Below are positions 9,441-19,984 of a DNA stretch of 64,000 bases, one piece after another. The stretch's first letter is position 1, and every line of letters begins with the position of its first letter. The translations under genes were made by a program, and so were the position numbers. The DNA lies in the NCBI GenBank assembly GCA_965224275.1, contig CBDCYR010000005.1, positions 386,903 to 450,902 on the forward strand, written 5' to 3'. A model generated the notes under the pieces. The model did no database searches. It worked only from the letters and a program-made list of their open reading frames with translations, and was not told where the DNA came from. Source of the stretch: Alphaproteobacteria bacterium. Lineage in GTDB: Bacteria; Pseudomonadota; Alphaproteobacteria; SHVV01.

Positions 9441-10343
9441 TCAATCCATTCGGTAGATGCGTCGGGCGTTGTCGCGAAACAGCTTCACGCGCTCGTTTGA
9501 ACCCAGATCAGTGACGATTTCTGCGTAGCTGTCAAAGATCGTGTCGAAATCCGCCGCCAGGCTGTCGGGCGGGAAGTTGCTGCCGAACATCACGCGGTCG
9601 GTCCCGAACATCTCTATCGTCTCGCGCACGATCGGTCGGTTCGCATCCACCGACCAGGTGCCCCCATTGAGACCAAGGCCCGCGATCTTGACGGCAACGT
9701 TCGGATGCGCGGCGGCGGCAGCCATGGCCTGGCGCCAGCCTTCCAGTCCTTGCTCACTGCGATCGGTGGGGAAACCGGCGCTGCTCAGGATGATCTGGAT
9801 GCCTGGAAAATCCGCGGCCAGGTCGGCGGCCTCGTGCAGGTGCCAGTAGTTGGTCTGAAGATCGAACGACAGACCGTATTTCTCGAGCAGCGCAAAACCG
9901 GCCCGCCACGTCGGATCGCCCATCGACCCCGGCCCTCCGGGCTCGCTGGTTTGCGGTGTTGCCGAGGTGCGCGGTTTGTGGCGGATGCCGCGCACCATGG
10001 GAAACGCGGCCTGCGCCGCAAGAACGTCCTCGGCATCGTCGCGATCGAGCCAGGCCTGCGCAACGATCACACTGGGCAGCCCATGCGCGCCGATCATATC
10101 CTGAAGCCAGCGCGTTTCACCGACCGGATCGGCCGGATTCCACTCCGCTTCCACGTGTACGGTCGCGACCACGTTCTGATTGACCGTAACCGAGCGATAG
10201 TCAGACGGCAGAAACGTGCGCCGGATCGGTGCGGGATCGCCATAGCGATGCGGCCCAGCCGGCTCGTCGCACAGCCACGGGTAGTAATTGCGTTCGAGAT
10301 CCCACAGATGCATGTGGGCATCGACGATCTCCGCGGCTCTCAA
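9441..10343 (-). CDS. Amidohydrolase-2 (PF04909) family metal-dependent hydrolase/decarboxylase
   Basis: N-terminal IVDAHMHLW. C-terminal FGSNFP..D, typical of TIM-barrel amidohydrolase 2. Confidence 0.7.
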   Translation of the reverse strand: MRAAEIVDAHMHLWDLERNYYPWLCDEPAGPHRYGDPAPIRRTFLPSDYRSVTVNQNVVATVHVEAEWNPADPVGETRWLQDMIGAHGLPSVIVAQAWLDRDDAEDVLAAQAAFPMVRGIRHKPRTSATPQTSEPGGPGSMGDPTWRAGFALLEKYGLSFDLQTNYWHLHEAADLAADFPGIQIILSSAGFPTDRSEQGLEGWRQAMAAAAAHPNVAVKIAGLGLNGGTWSVDANRPIVRETIEMFGTDRVMFGSNFPPDSLAADFDTIFDSYAEIVTDLGSNERVKLFRDNARRIYRMD

Positions 10344-10486
10344 GCCATCGCTCCTTCCGATCCCATTTTACACACAAGGCGAACTCTCCCAGATGCCGGC
10401 GGACTCAACGGGTGATCGTATGAGCCCACTCGTCTAGACTTCCCTGGCTCCGATGTCGAAGGCGACTGTTCTGAGGAGGTCCGTGA

Positions 10487-11653
10487 ATGGCGGTCAGCGA
10501 ACGCGAGGCTGGTTACGCAGGTGTCATCGATGCGGTGGCATCGGAACTCAGCGAAACCCGTGTTCCGGTAACCCAGGCCCGCCATATGCCGGGCTACATC
10601 TACACCTCGCCGGAGATCTTCCGCCTCGAGAAGGAGCGGATTTTCACCAGGGATTGGCTGTGCGTCGCGCGCGTCGAGGAAATTGAACGCCCCGGCGATT
10701 ACCTAACGCTGCGCATCCTCGGCGAGCCCCTGATCCTCACCCGCGACGACGAGGGCGATATCAACGTATTCGCCAACGTCTGCCGCCATCGTGGCGTCGA
10801 GGTCGCCCGCGGCCACGGCAACACGTCGATGTTCAGCTGCCCGTATCACGGCTGGCGCTACGACCTGACCGGCCGCCTCGCCGGCGCCGCTTATATGGCC
10901 GAAGCCGAGCATTTCGACTCCACCAATTGCCGCCTCAAGCCAATCCTGTTCGGCGTCTGGCGCGGCTGGATTTTTATTAACTTCGATGCCAATGCCGAAC
11001 CGCTGGACGATTTCGTGGCGCCGCTCGAACAGGATTTCGGCATCCTCGAAATGGACCGTTGCCGGCTATTCGCCAAGCACCAGGTGGAGATCGATTGCAA
11101 TTGGAAGTTCGTGGTCGAGAACCTCACCGACATCTACCACTCCGAGGTTCTCCACTCTAAAACCTTCGCCGAATCGATCGACACCGAAAAGGTCGAATAC
11201 AAACTCACCGCCCGCGGCGGCAACAGCTCGTTCTACGACGCCGCACCGCACAATCCGAGCGGTAAGCCCTTGTTCGGCAAGATGCCGTGGATGACCGACC
11301 AGCCCGAAAGCTTCGCGCGATCGGGTTTCCTGGCGCCGAACTTCGACATGTTCAGCCGTGTCGACGAGGCCCACCCGGTCATCATCTGGCCGGTCTCGCC
11401 GACCAAAACCCACATTCTCATCTACCAGCTATTCCCAGCCGAGTTCTCCGCGACCAGCAATTTCGAGCAAAAGGCGCAGCTCTACCTGGATTACATGATC
11501 GCCATCGCCGAGGAAGATCGCGAGATGATCGAATCCCTCCAAAACGCTATGGACTCGACCTTGTTTGAGCCGGGCTGGATGTCCTACCTGGAGCGCGGCG
11601 TCCACCACGTCATCACCCACTACCTCGATCGCATGTTCCCGTTAGAACGCTAA
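10487..11653 (+). CDS. Rieske non-heme iron oxygenase alpha subunit (GbcA/CntA/Stc2-like group)
   Basis: CRHRG...CPYHGW Rieske motif. NWKFVVENLTDIYHSEVLH catalytic Fe motif. Confidence 0.8.
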   Translation: MAVSEREAGYAGVIDAVASELSETRVPVTQARHMPGYIYTSPEIFRLEKERIFTRDWLCVARVEEIERPGDYLTLRILGEPLILTRDDEGDINVFANVCRHRGVEVARGHGNTSMFSCPYHGWRYDLTGRLAGAAYMAEAEHFDSTNCRLKPILFGVWRGWIFINFDANAEPLDDFVAPLEQDFGILEMDRCRLFAKHQVEIDCNWKFVVENLTDIYHSEVLHSKTFAESIDTEKVEYKLTARGGNSSFYDAAPHNPSGKPLFGKMPWMTDQPESFARSGFLAPNFDMFSRVDEAHPVIIWPVSPTKTHILIYQLFPAEFSATSNFEQKAQLYLDYMIAIAEEDREMIESLQNAMDSTLFEPGWMSYLERGVHHVITHYLDRMFPLER

Positions 11654-11840
11654 ATGCGTTCTATCGAACCGGCAGGCGAAACGCGTTAGCGTTTCTGCCG
11701 AGAGGTCCCAGCTAATGCTCACCAGAGCATTGGCTACCCGACAAGCGAAACGCGTTAGCGTTTCTGCCGAAAGGTCCCAGCTAATGCTCACCAGAGCATT
11801 AGCTACCCGACAGTCGAACCGCGAAGCGGTTCTGACGAAA
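11644..11840. repeat. Hairpin-rich intergenic region containing a 69-bp direct repeat (2 full copies, 11676-11744 and 11745-11813, plus a partial third) between convergent genes
   Basis: Palindromes GAACGCtaaatGCGTTC, GAAACGCgttaGCGTTTC (x2), AATGCTCaccagAGCATT (x2), GAACCGCgaaGCGGTTC, CCCAGCgaaaGCTGGG. The two units differ at about 3 positions. Confidence 0.6.
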
Positions 11841-11963
11841 CGGCGGGATCAGAAAGGTTATTGAGACCCCATCCACGTCATCCCAGCGAAAGCTGGGATC
11901 CATGCACACCCACAGGGCCGGTGTTCCTGGATGCCGGATCAAGTCCGGCATGACAACAGTGCC

Positions 11964-12722
11964 CTACCCGCCGCCAACACTCTTGCCGCCGTCCACCGGC
12001 ACCACCGCCCCGGTGATCCACGCGGCAGCCGGCGACCCGAGAAACGCGACCATCTCGGCGACCTCGGAGGCTTCGCCGATCCGCCCAAGCAGATAGCCGC
12101 GACCGCGTCTTTTCACATAAGCGCCATAGGTCGCCGCCGTCAAACCAACGTGGTCGTGAAGGATTCGAGTCCGAACCAGGCCCGGGCTGACCGCGTTGAC
12201 CCTGACGCCGGCCGGTGCCAGTTCCACCGCCAGCGCCTTCGTGAACGCCTCGACGCCGCCTTTGGTTGCCGCGTAGATCGCCAGACCCGGCGATGGTCGA
12301 TGCGCCTGCGCTGACGATATGTTGACGATCGCACCCTTGACCCGGCGCAACGCCGGGATCGCGGCCAGACAAACGTTCATGGTGCCGACCAGATTGGTGC
12401 CAATCACCTGCTCGATCGTGGTTCGCCGGATCTCGCCGATCCGCTCCTCGCGCATGATGCCGGCGCAATTGACCACGACATCAACACGACCGAGGTCACC
12501 CACGATCGCCCGCACGGATCGCTTGACTTGCGCCTCATCGGTGACGTCGCAGGCCAGCATCGTCAACCGTTCGCCGCGACGGCTGCGAATATGACTCGTC
12601 GTTAGATCAACAATCGCAACCCGATAACCACGCGCCGCGAACGCCGAGGCGCAGGCACGCCCGATCCCCCCGCCACCGCCCGTAATGACCGCAACGCGAT
12701 CGGGCTTGCGCCCAGTTGCCAC
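11964..12722 (-). CDS. Short-chain dehydrogenase/reductase (SDR)
   Basis: TGGGGGIG Rossmann motif near the N-terminus; 252 aa. Confidence 0.8.
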   Translation of the reverse strand: MATGRKPDRVAVITGGGGGIGRACASAFAARGYRVAIVDLTTSHIRSRRGERLTMLACDVTDEAQVKRSVRAIVGDLGRVDVVVNCAGIMREERIGEIRRTTIEQVIGTNLVGTMNVCLAAIPALRRVKGAIVNISSAQAHRPSPGLAIYAATKGGVEAFTKALAVELAPAGVRVNAVSPGLVRTRILHDHVGLTAATYGAYVKRRGRGYLLGRIGEASEVAEMVAFLGSPAAAWITGAVVPVDGGKSVGGG

Positions 12723-14168
12723 CTACTTCTGATATGCCGCGCGGCGGTCGACCAGGCGCTTGGGCTTGCCCTCGCGTCCCCCCACATTGGCGATCTCGTC
12801 GAGACTGCCTTGCGCCACGATTTCGACGTCGACGCCGAGCCCGAGGTCACCCTTGAGCAACTCCGCCATCTTTTCCTTGAGGCCTTCGGCCGATCCGGCA
12901 TCGTTGCGGACCTCGATCTGCACCGTCATTTCCTCGCGCTTGACGCCGTTTTTCACCACGGCATCGGCGATGCAGATCCACTCACCGGTCGTGCGCTCAT
13001 CGCTTTGCACCGCGTTGAGGCAAGCCATCGGGTTGAGATTGACGCCGCGGATCTTGACCATGTCGTCCGAGCGGCCGAGGAAATGGTCCATGCGGCGAAA
13101 ATTGCTGCCGCATTCGCAGGTATCGGTGTGCAAAATGCGCCCGAGATCGCGCAGATTGAAGCGGATGATCGGCGGCATCGAGCGGTGGAACACCGTCACC
13201 ACCATGTTGCCGGTCTCACCATGCGGCACGGGTTCGCCGGTTTCGGTATCGACGATCTCGAAATACATACAGTCCTCCTGGAAGTGGAGGCCGTTCTTGA
13301 ATTGGCACTCGAAGGCGCCATCGCCCATCTCGTTAGTGCCGTAATTGTCATACACATTGCAACCCAGCGCCTCTTCCAGCTCGGCCCGCAACTTGCCCTC
13401 GGTGTCGGGGCCGAGAAACGCCAGCACGAACTTCGTGTTGAGCTCGCGGAAATCGCGGCCGAGTTCCTCGCGGCTCGCTTGCGCCAGGCGCAACATGTAT
13501 TCGGGAAACGAGCACCACAGATTGGTGCCGTAATCGAACGCGATTTCCATCTGTCGCCGGCTCGGCGTCACCACGCCGGTGCCCGTGGTCAGTGGCAAGA
13601 TGCCGAGATAATCGTGCACACCCTTGTAAACGCACCACCCGAGATTGCCGAGCGCCAGACTAACCGGAATCTGCATGACATCGCCGGGCCGGGCGCCCAA
13701 TACATAGAGCGTTCGCGCCGCCGTGAGCCCATTGAGTTCCCACTCCTGCGGCGTGTAAAGCGTTACCCGGGGCTTGCCCGTGGTGCCACCGCTGGTCTGC
13801 ATCTTAAAGGGCGTCGCTGCGAAGTCGGCCGGGCCGACATTGTGGAACTCGCCGAACGGCGGGGTCTCGAGTTGATCCTGTTTGACATCGTCGGAATTAT
13901 AGGTCGGGACCTTGTGGCTATCGTCGATGCTCTTGATGTCGTCGGGATTGAGACCGGCCGCCTGCCAGCGTTTGCGGTAGAAAGGGTTATCCCAGCCCAG
14001 CTTGACGCAGCGCAGGAAGCGTTCGTTTTGCAGCGCCCGTACACGCTCGGCCGGCCACTTATAAACGGTGTCGACGAACACGTCGGGCACCGGATAATCC
14101 TGGTGCAGCTGCGCCCAGTCTATCGAGTTGTGGTAGATCGGCAGCTTGCTCGCCGGAAACTCACTCAT
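12723..14168 (-). CDS. Phenylacetate-CoA ligase (PaaK)-family adenylate-forming enzyme, copy 1
   Basis: Motif TSGGTTGKPRV and PaaK-like C-terminal domain. Probable start at the second in-frame ATG (MSEFPASK, about 14168) with a purine-rich RBS. The ORF-track start is 14222. Confidence 0.7.
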   Translation of the reverse strand: MSEFPASKLPIYHNSIDWAQLHQDYPVPDVFVDTVYKWPAERVRALQNERFLRCVKLGWDNPFYRKRWQAAGLNPDDIKSIDDSHKVPTYNSDDVKQDQLETPPFGEFHNVGPADFAATPFKMQTSGGTTGKPRVTLYTPQEWELNGLTAARTLYVLGARPGDVMQIPVSLALGNLGWCVYKGVHDYLGILPLTTGTGVVTPSRRQMEIAFDYGTNLWCSFPEYMLRLAQASREELGRDFRELNTKFVLAFLGPDTEGKLRAELEEALGCNVYDNYGTNEMGDGAFECQFKNGLHFQEDCMYFEIVDTETGEPVPHGETGNMVVTVFHRSMPPIIRFNLRDLGRILHTDTCECGSNFRRMDHFLGRSDDMVKIRGVNLNPMACLNAVQSDERTTGEWICIADAVVKNGVKREEMTVQIEVRNDAGSAEGLKEKMAELLKGDLGLGVDVEIVAQGSLDEIANVGGREGKPKRLVDRRAAYQK

Positions 14169-14340
14169 CGCCCAAATTCCCCCCGCCTTTTGTTCCTTCG
14201 GTTGCGCACACATCTCACTCATCTAGACGCGCTGGTACAAGTCATCGTCGCGCGTTTGTGCTATCCAACGCTCGTACAGGCAAGGCTAACATCCGTCCGC
14301 AACGGGTTGAAGTCACGCCACGTTACGAATGGGGAGGATC

Positions 14341-15210
14341 ATGAGGGTTTTTGACTGCCACTCTCATTGGAGCACGGAACGCGGTTACATTTTTCAAGAT
14401 CCGAAAGAACGCGCCAACCAGGAAGAGATCTGGGGCACCACTGCCGAGTTTCAGACCGAACAGGAAATGACCGACACGTTCCGCAAAAACAATGTGCGGA
14501 CCGTGCTCGATCTCGCGCTAACCGTTTGGATGGACGATCTCGACGAAATCAAGGCCGCGCATGATTACACCTTCGAGGTGCAGCGTCGAAACAGTGACGT
14601 AATTTTCGGCCACTGGTTGTCGTTCGATCCGCGTATCGGCAAGGACGGCATCAAGGAATATGAACGCGCCATCGCAGCTGATGCCGGTTTCATCGGCTTC
14701 GGCATCATCGGCCAAACCGCGGGCGGACTTCCGGCCAGTGATCCGATCTGGGACCCCTTCTACAAAACCTCGATCGATGCCGGTATTCCCGTCCTCATCC
14801 ATTGCGGGCTCACCGGCATCGGCCAGGGTCTGCCCGGCGGCAAGGGCATCCTGCTCGATGACGGCCACCCCCGCCACATCGATGCCGTCGCCGCGCGATT
14901 CCCCGAGCTCAAAATCCTCGCGGCGCGCCCCGCCTACCCCTGGCAGGACGAAATGATCGCCATCCTGCTGCACAAGGGCAACGTTCATTACGAACTGCAC
15001 GGCTGGTCACCCAAGACATTGCCACCGCAACTGCTGCGCGAGATTGGCGGCCGCTTGCAGGACCGCATCATGTTCGGCTGCGATTTTCCGGTGCTCAAAT
15101 TCGAGATGATGATAGAGCGCTGGCAGGGCTTGGGTTTCTCCGACGAAGTGCTCGAAAAGGTGTTCCATAAGAATGCCGAAGCCTATTTCCCGAAAGCGGC
15201 GATCAACTAG
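14341..15210 (+). CDS. Amidohydrolase-2 (PF04909) family protein
   Basis: GGAGGA RBS before ATG 14341 (MRVFDCHSHW). C-terminal FGCDFP. Confidence 0.7.
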   Translation: MRVFDCHSHWSTERGYIFQDPKERANQEEIWGTTAEFQTEQEMTDTFRKNNVRTVLDLALTVWMDDLDEIKAAHDYTFEVQRRNSDVIFGHWLSFDPRIGKDGIKEYERAIAADAGFIGFGIIGQTAGGLPASDPIWDPFYKTSIDAGIPVLIHCGLTGIGQGLPGGKGILLDDGHPRHIDAVAARFPELKILAARPAYPWQDEMIAILLHKGNVHYELHGWSPKTLPPQLLREIGGRLQDRIMFGCDFPVLKFEMMIERWQGLGFSDEVLEKVFHKNAEAYFPKAAIN

Positions 15211-15322
15211 GAAAACGCTACTCATTCGACGAGCTACGGTTTGCGGCGCGCCCCCTGGGGAGTGGGCGGGAGTGGGGGCCGTTTGTTTCAAGCGTTTGTG
15301 ATTCTGAACACGAGGATAGGCA

Positions 15323-16111
15323 GTGGGCATGGACCTCAACTTAGGTGGCCGCAAAGCGCTGATCACCGGCGCGTCCAAGGGGATCGGTCGCGCCATCGCC
15401 AAACAGCTTGCCGAAGAGGGCTGCGACCTCTATTTGGCGGCCCGCACCGAAAGCGAACTCCAAGAGCTCCAAGATGAACTGCCGACGGCGCATGGCATCA
15501 GCGTCGAGATCTTCGCGCTCGATCTTAGCGTCAGCGCCAATCTTCAGATCCTGGCCGACGCCTGTGGCGATGCCGGCATTCTCATCAACAATGCCGGTGG
15601 CATTCCCAACGGCACCATCGAAGAGGTCGATGAAGCCAGGTGGCGGGCGACCTGGGACCTCAAGGTCTTCGGTTACACCAACCTCACCCGGCACTTCTAC
15701 ACAAAGATGAAAGCACGCCGCAGCGGCGTCATCATCAATATTATCGGTAATGGCGGCGAACGACCGGCCGCGAACTATGTCGGCGGCAGCACCGGCAATG
15801 CCGCGCTAATGGCGTTTACCCGAGCGGTCGGTGGCGACAGCCCAGAGGACGGGATCCGCGTGCTCGCAATCAACCCGGGGCCGGTGCTCACCGAGCGCCT
15901 CGAAGAACTACTGCGAAAATCCGCAGCCGACCGTCTTGGCGGCGCCGAGAAGTGGGAGGAACTGGTCGCACCAATGCCCTTCGGGCGCGCCGGCACGGTC
16001 GAGGAAGTCGCGACCATGACCGCCTTCCTGGCCTCGGATCTATCGGCATACACGTCGGGAACGGTGATCACCATCGATGCCGGTTGGGTCTATCGCGGGC
16101 CGTTGATGTAA
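15323..16111 (+). CDS. Short-chain dehydrogenase/reductase (SDR)
   Basis: ITGASKGIGRAIA motif and NNAG motif. Confidence 0.8.
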   Translation: MGMDLNLGGRKALITGASKGIGRAIAKQLAEEGCDLYLAARTESELQELQDELPTAHGISVEIFALDLSVSANLQILADACGDAGILINNAGGIPNGTIEEVDEARWRATWDLKVFGYTNLTRHFYTKMKARRSGVIINIIGNGGERPAANYVGGSTGNAALMAFTRAVGGDSPEDGIRVLAINPGPVLTERLEELLRKSAADRLGGAEKWEELVAPMPFGRAGTVEEVATMTAFLASDLSAYTSGTVITIDAGWVYRGPLM

Positions 16112-16148
16112 CGCAACAAACGCACAATCCGGATTCGCGAAACCAACC

Positions 16149-18221
16149 ATGGCCTTTCGGATCGGTGTCGACGTCGGCGGCACATTCACCGATTTCCTGC
16201 TGCTCGATGGTGAGGGCACGGCAACGGTCTACAAGGTGCTATCGACACCCGATGATCCATCGCGAGCGGTGCTCGATGGCCTCGCGCGAATGGCCGATGA
16301 TGTGGGCCTCGACTTAGGCCAATTCATCGCCGGCATTGTCCTCATCGTCCACGGCACCACAGTCACGACGAACGCGGTGCTGACCGGCAAGACCTCGCCC
16401 ACCGGACTGCTCACGACGCGGGGCTTCCGCGACGCCCTGCAAATGCGGCGCGGCGTTCGCGAGGTGCAATACGACAACAAATATCCAGCCGCCGAACCGC
16501 TGGTCCCGCGCTGGTTGCGCCGCCCGGTGAGTGAGCGGGTCGACGCGCAAGGGGCGATCGTCCAGCCGCTTGACCTGGCTGACGTCGACGATGCGATCGT
16601 GCGGTTCAAAGGCGCCGGCATTGATGCGGTCGCGATCTGCTTCATGCACGGTTACGCCAATAGCAATCACGAACAGGCCGCCGCCGATCGTGTCGCCCAG
16701 CTCATGCCCCAGGCCTACCTCTCGGTATCGAGCCAGGTGCTGCCGCAGGTGCGTTTCTACGAACGGATCAGCACCACCGTCCTCAACGCCGCCGTCGGTC
16801 CCATCCTCAGCCGCTACCTCGCCAACCTCACCGCGCGGCTTGCCGATCAGGCCTTCGCGGGCGTGCTGCTCATTATGAAATCGAACGGCGGGGTCACCTC
16901 GCCCAAGGTTGCCTCCGATCTCGCCGCGAGCACCCTGCTGTCGGGTCCGGCCGCGGCGCCGGTCGCCGGCCTCGCCTATGCCACACCACATGAAACAGGT
17001 GATTTCATCACCATCGACATGGGCGGTACCAGTTTTGATGCTGCCCTGGTTAAAGATGGCACGCCGGCGATCACCACCGATAGCCGGGTCAACCGGCATG
17101 CGCTTAGCCTCGCCAGTATGGAGATCAACACCATCGGCGCTGGTGGCGGCTCGATCGCCTGGATCGATGATGGTGGTCTGTTGCGGATGGGACCCGACAG
17201 CGCCGGCGCCAGTCCCGGTCCTGTCTGCTACAGCCGCGGCGGGACCGCCCCGACCTGCAGTGACGCCGATCTCGTGCTCGGCTATCTCGATGCCGATTTC
17301 TTCGCCGGCGGGACCATCGCGCTCGATCACGCTGCCGCCGAGCGGGCAATCGCCGAACAGATCGCCAAGCCGCTCGAGATGACCACCCTCGACGCGGCCT
17401 ACGGCATGTATCACTTGATGAACGTCAATATGGCTTCGGCGATCCGCGAAATCTCCGTACAAAAAGGCTATGACCCGCGCGACTTTCTGCTGATCTGCGC
17501 CGGCGGCGCCGGGCCCCTTCACGCCGCCGCCATTGCCGCCGAGCTTGAGGTTCGGCACATCCTCATTCCCAAGGACTCGTCGATCTTCTGCGCCGCCGGG
17601 ATGTTGCACTCCGATCTCAAACACGATTTCGTTCGCAGCTACCACACCGAATTCGCAGCCTCAGCGATCGACACCGCCCGATTTGCGACCCTGATCGGCG
17701 AGATGCAAAACGCCGGCGATACAATCTTGGCGGCCGAGGGCGTCGCAGCGGCCGATCGCGACGCCGAATTTTCGCTCGACCTGCGCTATGTCGGCCAATA
17801 TCACGAAGTTAACGTCTCGGTTTCAGCGGCCCAGCTGGCCCCACCTGACTTCGAGGCGATCGCGACAGCTTTTCACGCCGCCCACGACCGGCTTTACGGT
17901 TATTCCCTGGCCGACGATGATCGCCAGGTGACCCTGGTAAACATTCGCATGACGGCTATCGGCAGAACCGAAAAGCCCGAACTTCGCGCTGACGCTGCGC
18001 GGGGCAGCGTCGATGCCGCCCGCAAGGGTCAACGCCAGGTCTTCCTTTCCTCGCAAATGGCGTTCTCTACGCTCGATGTCTACGACGGCGACGCTATGGG
18101 ATCCGGCCATGCGCTCAAGGGCCCCGCCATCATCGAACAACGCAACACCACCATTCTGGTGCCACCGGATCACCACCTGACGTGTGATGCGTTGGGCAGT
18201 TTTCTGTTGAGCGCGTCATGA
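16149..18221 (+). CDS. hyuA: Hydantoinase/oxoprolinase family A subunit (HyuA-like, ATP-dependent)
   Basis: 690 aa. N-terminus MAFRIGVDVGGTFTDF is the characteristic HyuA start. Stop overlaps the hyuB start (ATGA). Confidence 0.85.
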   Translation: MAFRIGVDVGGTFTDFLLLDGEGTATVYKVLSTPDDPSRAVLDGLARMADDVGLDLGQFIAGIVLIVHGTTVTTNAVLTGKTSPTGLLTTRGFRDALQMRRGVREVQYDNKYPAAEPLVPRWLRRPVSERVDAQGAIVQPLDLADVDDAIVRFKGAGIDAVAICFMHGYANSNHEQAAADRVAQLMPQAYLSVSSQVLPQVRFYERISTTVLNAAVGPILSRYLANLTARLADQAFAGVLLIMKSNGGVTSPKVASDLAASTLLSGPAAAPVAGLAYATPHETGDFITIDMGGTSFDAALVKDGTPAITTDSRVNRHALSLASMEINTIGAGGGSIAWIDDGGLLRMGPDSAGASPGPVCYSRGGTAPTCSDADLVLGYLDADFFAGGTIALDHAAAERAIAEQIAKPLEMTTLDAAYGMYHLMNVNMASAIREISVQKGYDPRDFLLICAGGAGPLHAAAIAAELEVRHILIPKDSSIFCAAGMLHSDLKHDFVRSYHTEFAASAIDTARFATLIGEMQNAGDTILAAEGVAAADRDAEFSLDLRYVGQYHEVNVSVSAAQLAPPDFEAIATAFHAAHDRLYGYSLADDDRQVTLVNIRMTAIGRTEKPELRADAARGSVDAARKGQRQVFLSSQMAFSTLDVYDGDAMGSGHALKGPAIIEQRNTTILVPPDHHLTCDALGSFLLSAS

Positions 18222-19984
18222 CCAAGGCGCCTCCTTCGTCAGGCGCCAGCCGCATTGATCCGATCCTGTTGTCGGTCCTGCAACGCCGCTTCAAGTCGAT
18301 CACTGAGGAGATGGGGCAAACCCTGCTGCGCACGACGCGATCGCCGATCCTTAGCGAGGCCCGCGACTTTGTCACCGGTTTGTATGACGCCAAGGGCCGC
18401 ATGCTAGAGCAAACCGAATACATCCCGGTGCTCGCCTTCGCGCTCCAACCGGTCTGCGAATTCATCATCGACTACTACGGCGATGATATTCACGACGGCG
18501 ACGTCATTCTCCACAACGACGTGTTCAGCCGTGGCAATCAAAACGCGGACGTCGCCGCCTTCAAACCGGTTTTTTATGGCGGCGAACTCGTCGCCTGGGC
18601 CGCGTGCAAGGGCCACCAGGCCGATATCGGCGGCGCCGTCGCCGGCGGCTACAACCCCGAAGCGCGCGAGGTTTGGCAGGAGGCCTTGCGCATTCCGCCC
18701 GTCAAGGTCTACGCCGCCGGCCGCTTTCTCAACGATGTCTGGGATCTGATCTTCGCCAACGTCCGCTACGACATCGTCGCCGAAGACATCAAGGCCGAAA
18801 TCGGTGGCTGCGTCGTAGGCGAACGCGCGGTCCAGGCGCTATTCTCGCGCTACGGCCTGGCGCCGATGCTGCGCCATATCGAAACCCTGTTCGATCGCAC
18901 CGAACGCATGGTGCGCAGCGAGATCGGGCGCATCCCGGATGGCACCTACCACGGCGAAAGTTTCGCGTTTTATGATGGCGTCACCGACGGCTCGAAGATG
19001 AAGATCAACCTCGCCGTCACCGTTGCCGGCGATTCCATCACCTTCGATTTCGCAGGGTCATCGCCGCAAACGCCGGGGTTTGTCAACGCCCCCTATTCGT
19101 CAACGGCCTCGGCGGTCATGCTGACGTTCCTGATGCTGATCAATCCCGACATTCCCCATAATGATGGCATCTTGCGGCCGATTACAATCGCCATCCCCGA
19201 AGGCACCTTCCTCAATGCCGGGTTTCCGGCCGCAACCACGTTTGGCAACTCGCTGACCGGCCCAACCTCGGATGCCATTTTTCGCGCGCTTTCCCAGGTT
19301 CTCCCCGAAACCGTCAGTGCCGGCTGGAACCGCATGATTTCGTTCGCCATAACCGGCACCGACCCGCGCCACGACCGGCCCTATGTCGACATCTTTTTTC
19401 TGTCGAGCAAAGGCGGGTCCGGTGCGGTCGCCCAGGCTGACGGCTACGATCATATCGGCCTGATCAACTGCGCCGGCGGTATCCTGGCGCAGGACTACGA
19501 GATGTTTGAAATTCAAGACCCGCACGTCCTGGTGCGTCACGAATATTGGCCGGATTCGGCAGGCGCCGGCGAATGGCGCGGCGGTCTCGGCACTGAATGC
19601 GAAATCGCGATCAACGGCGAAAGCCTCACCGGGGTGGCCTTCGGCGACGGCGTCGAAAATGAAGCCCGTGCCTTTGGCCTGTTCGGCGGCACGGCTGGCG
19701 TCACCAACCAGCTCTACCTGACCGAACCCGATGGCTCCGTGCGCCGGCCCAAAGCTAAGGAGGTCGTGCGCGACATCGCCACCGGTTCGGTGTTCGTCCA
19801 GCAGGCCGGCGGCGGTGGCGGCTATGGCGACCCCCGCCGCCGTACCGTCAGCCGGGTGGTCGACGATGTCAGGAACGAACTCATTAGCGTCGAGCGCGCG
19901 CGCACCGACTATGGCGTCGTCATTGATCCGCAAACCTTCGAGGTCGACGCCGCCGCCACTGAACAATTGCGAGCCAAATCATGA
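18218..19984 (+). CDS. hyuB: Hydantoinase/oxoprolinase family B subunit (HyuB-like)
   Basis: 588 aa with HyuB family features. Translationally coupled to hyuA and to the downstream VOC gene. Confidence 0.85.
   Translation: MTKAPPSSGASRIDPILLSVLQRRFKSITEEMGQTLLRTTRSPILSEARDFVTGLYDAKGRMLEQTEYIPVLAFALQPVCEFIIDYYGDDIHDGDVILHNDVFSRGNQNADVAAFKPVFYGGELVAWAACKGHQADIGGAVAGGYNPEAREVWQEALRIPPVKVYAAGRFLNDVWDLIFANVRYDIVAEDIKAEIGGCVVGERAVQALFSRYGLAPMLRHIETLFDRTERMVRSEIGRIPDGTYHGESFAFYDGVTDGSKMKINLAVTVAGDSITFDFAGSSPQTPGFVNAPYSSTASAVMLTFLMLINPDIPHNDGILRPITIAIPEGTFLNAGFPAATTFGNSLTGPTSDAIFRALSQVLPETVSAGWNRMISFAITGTDPRHDRPYVDIFFLSSKGGSGAVAQADGYDHIGLINCAGGILAQDYEMFEIQDPHVLVRHEYWPDSAGAGEWRGGLGTECEIAINGESLTGVAFGDGVENEARAFGLFGGTAGVTNQLYLTEPDGSVRRPKAKEVVRDIATGSVFVQQAGGGGGYGDPRRRTVSRVVDDVRNELISVERARTDYGVVIDPQTFEVDAAATEQLRAKS

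Noticed and set aside
12810-14354. 514-aa ORF antisense to the PaaK-like ligase gene. Similar long antisense ORFs occur at 16314-17645, 20379-21653, 21914-23110, 24171-25220, 57919-58953, 7193-8104 and 2913-3680.
   Set aside because: All lie opposite genes with strong family signatures. Their translations are Arg/Ala/Gly-rich with no recognisable domains. This is the typical open-frame persistence of >60% GC DNA.
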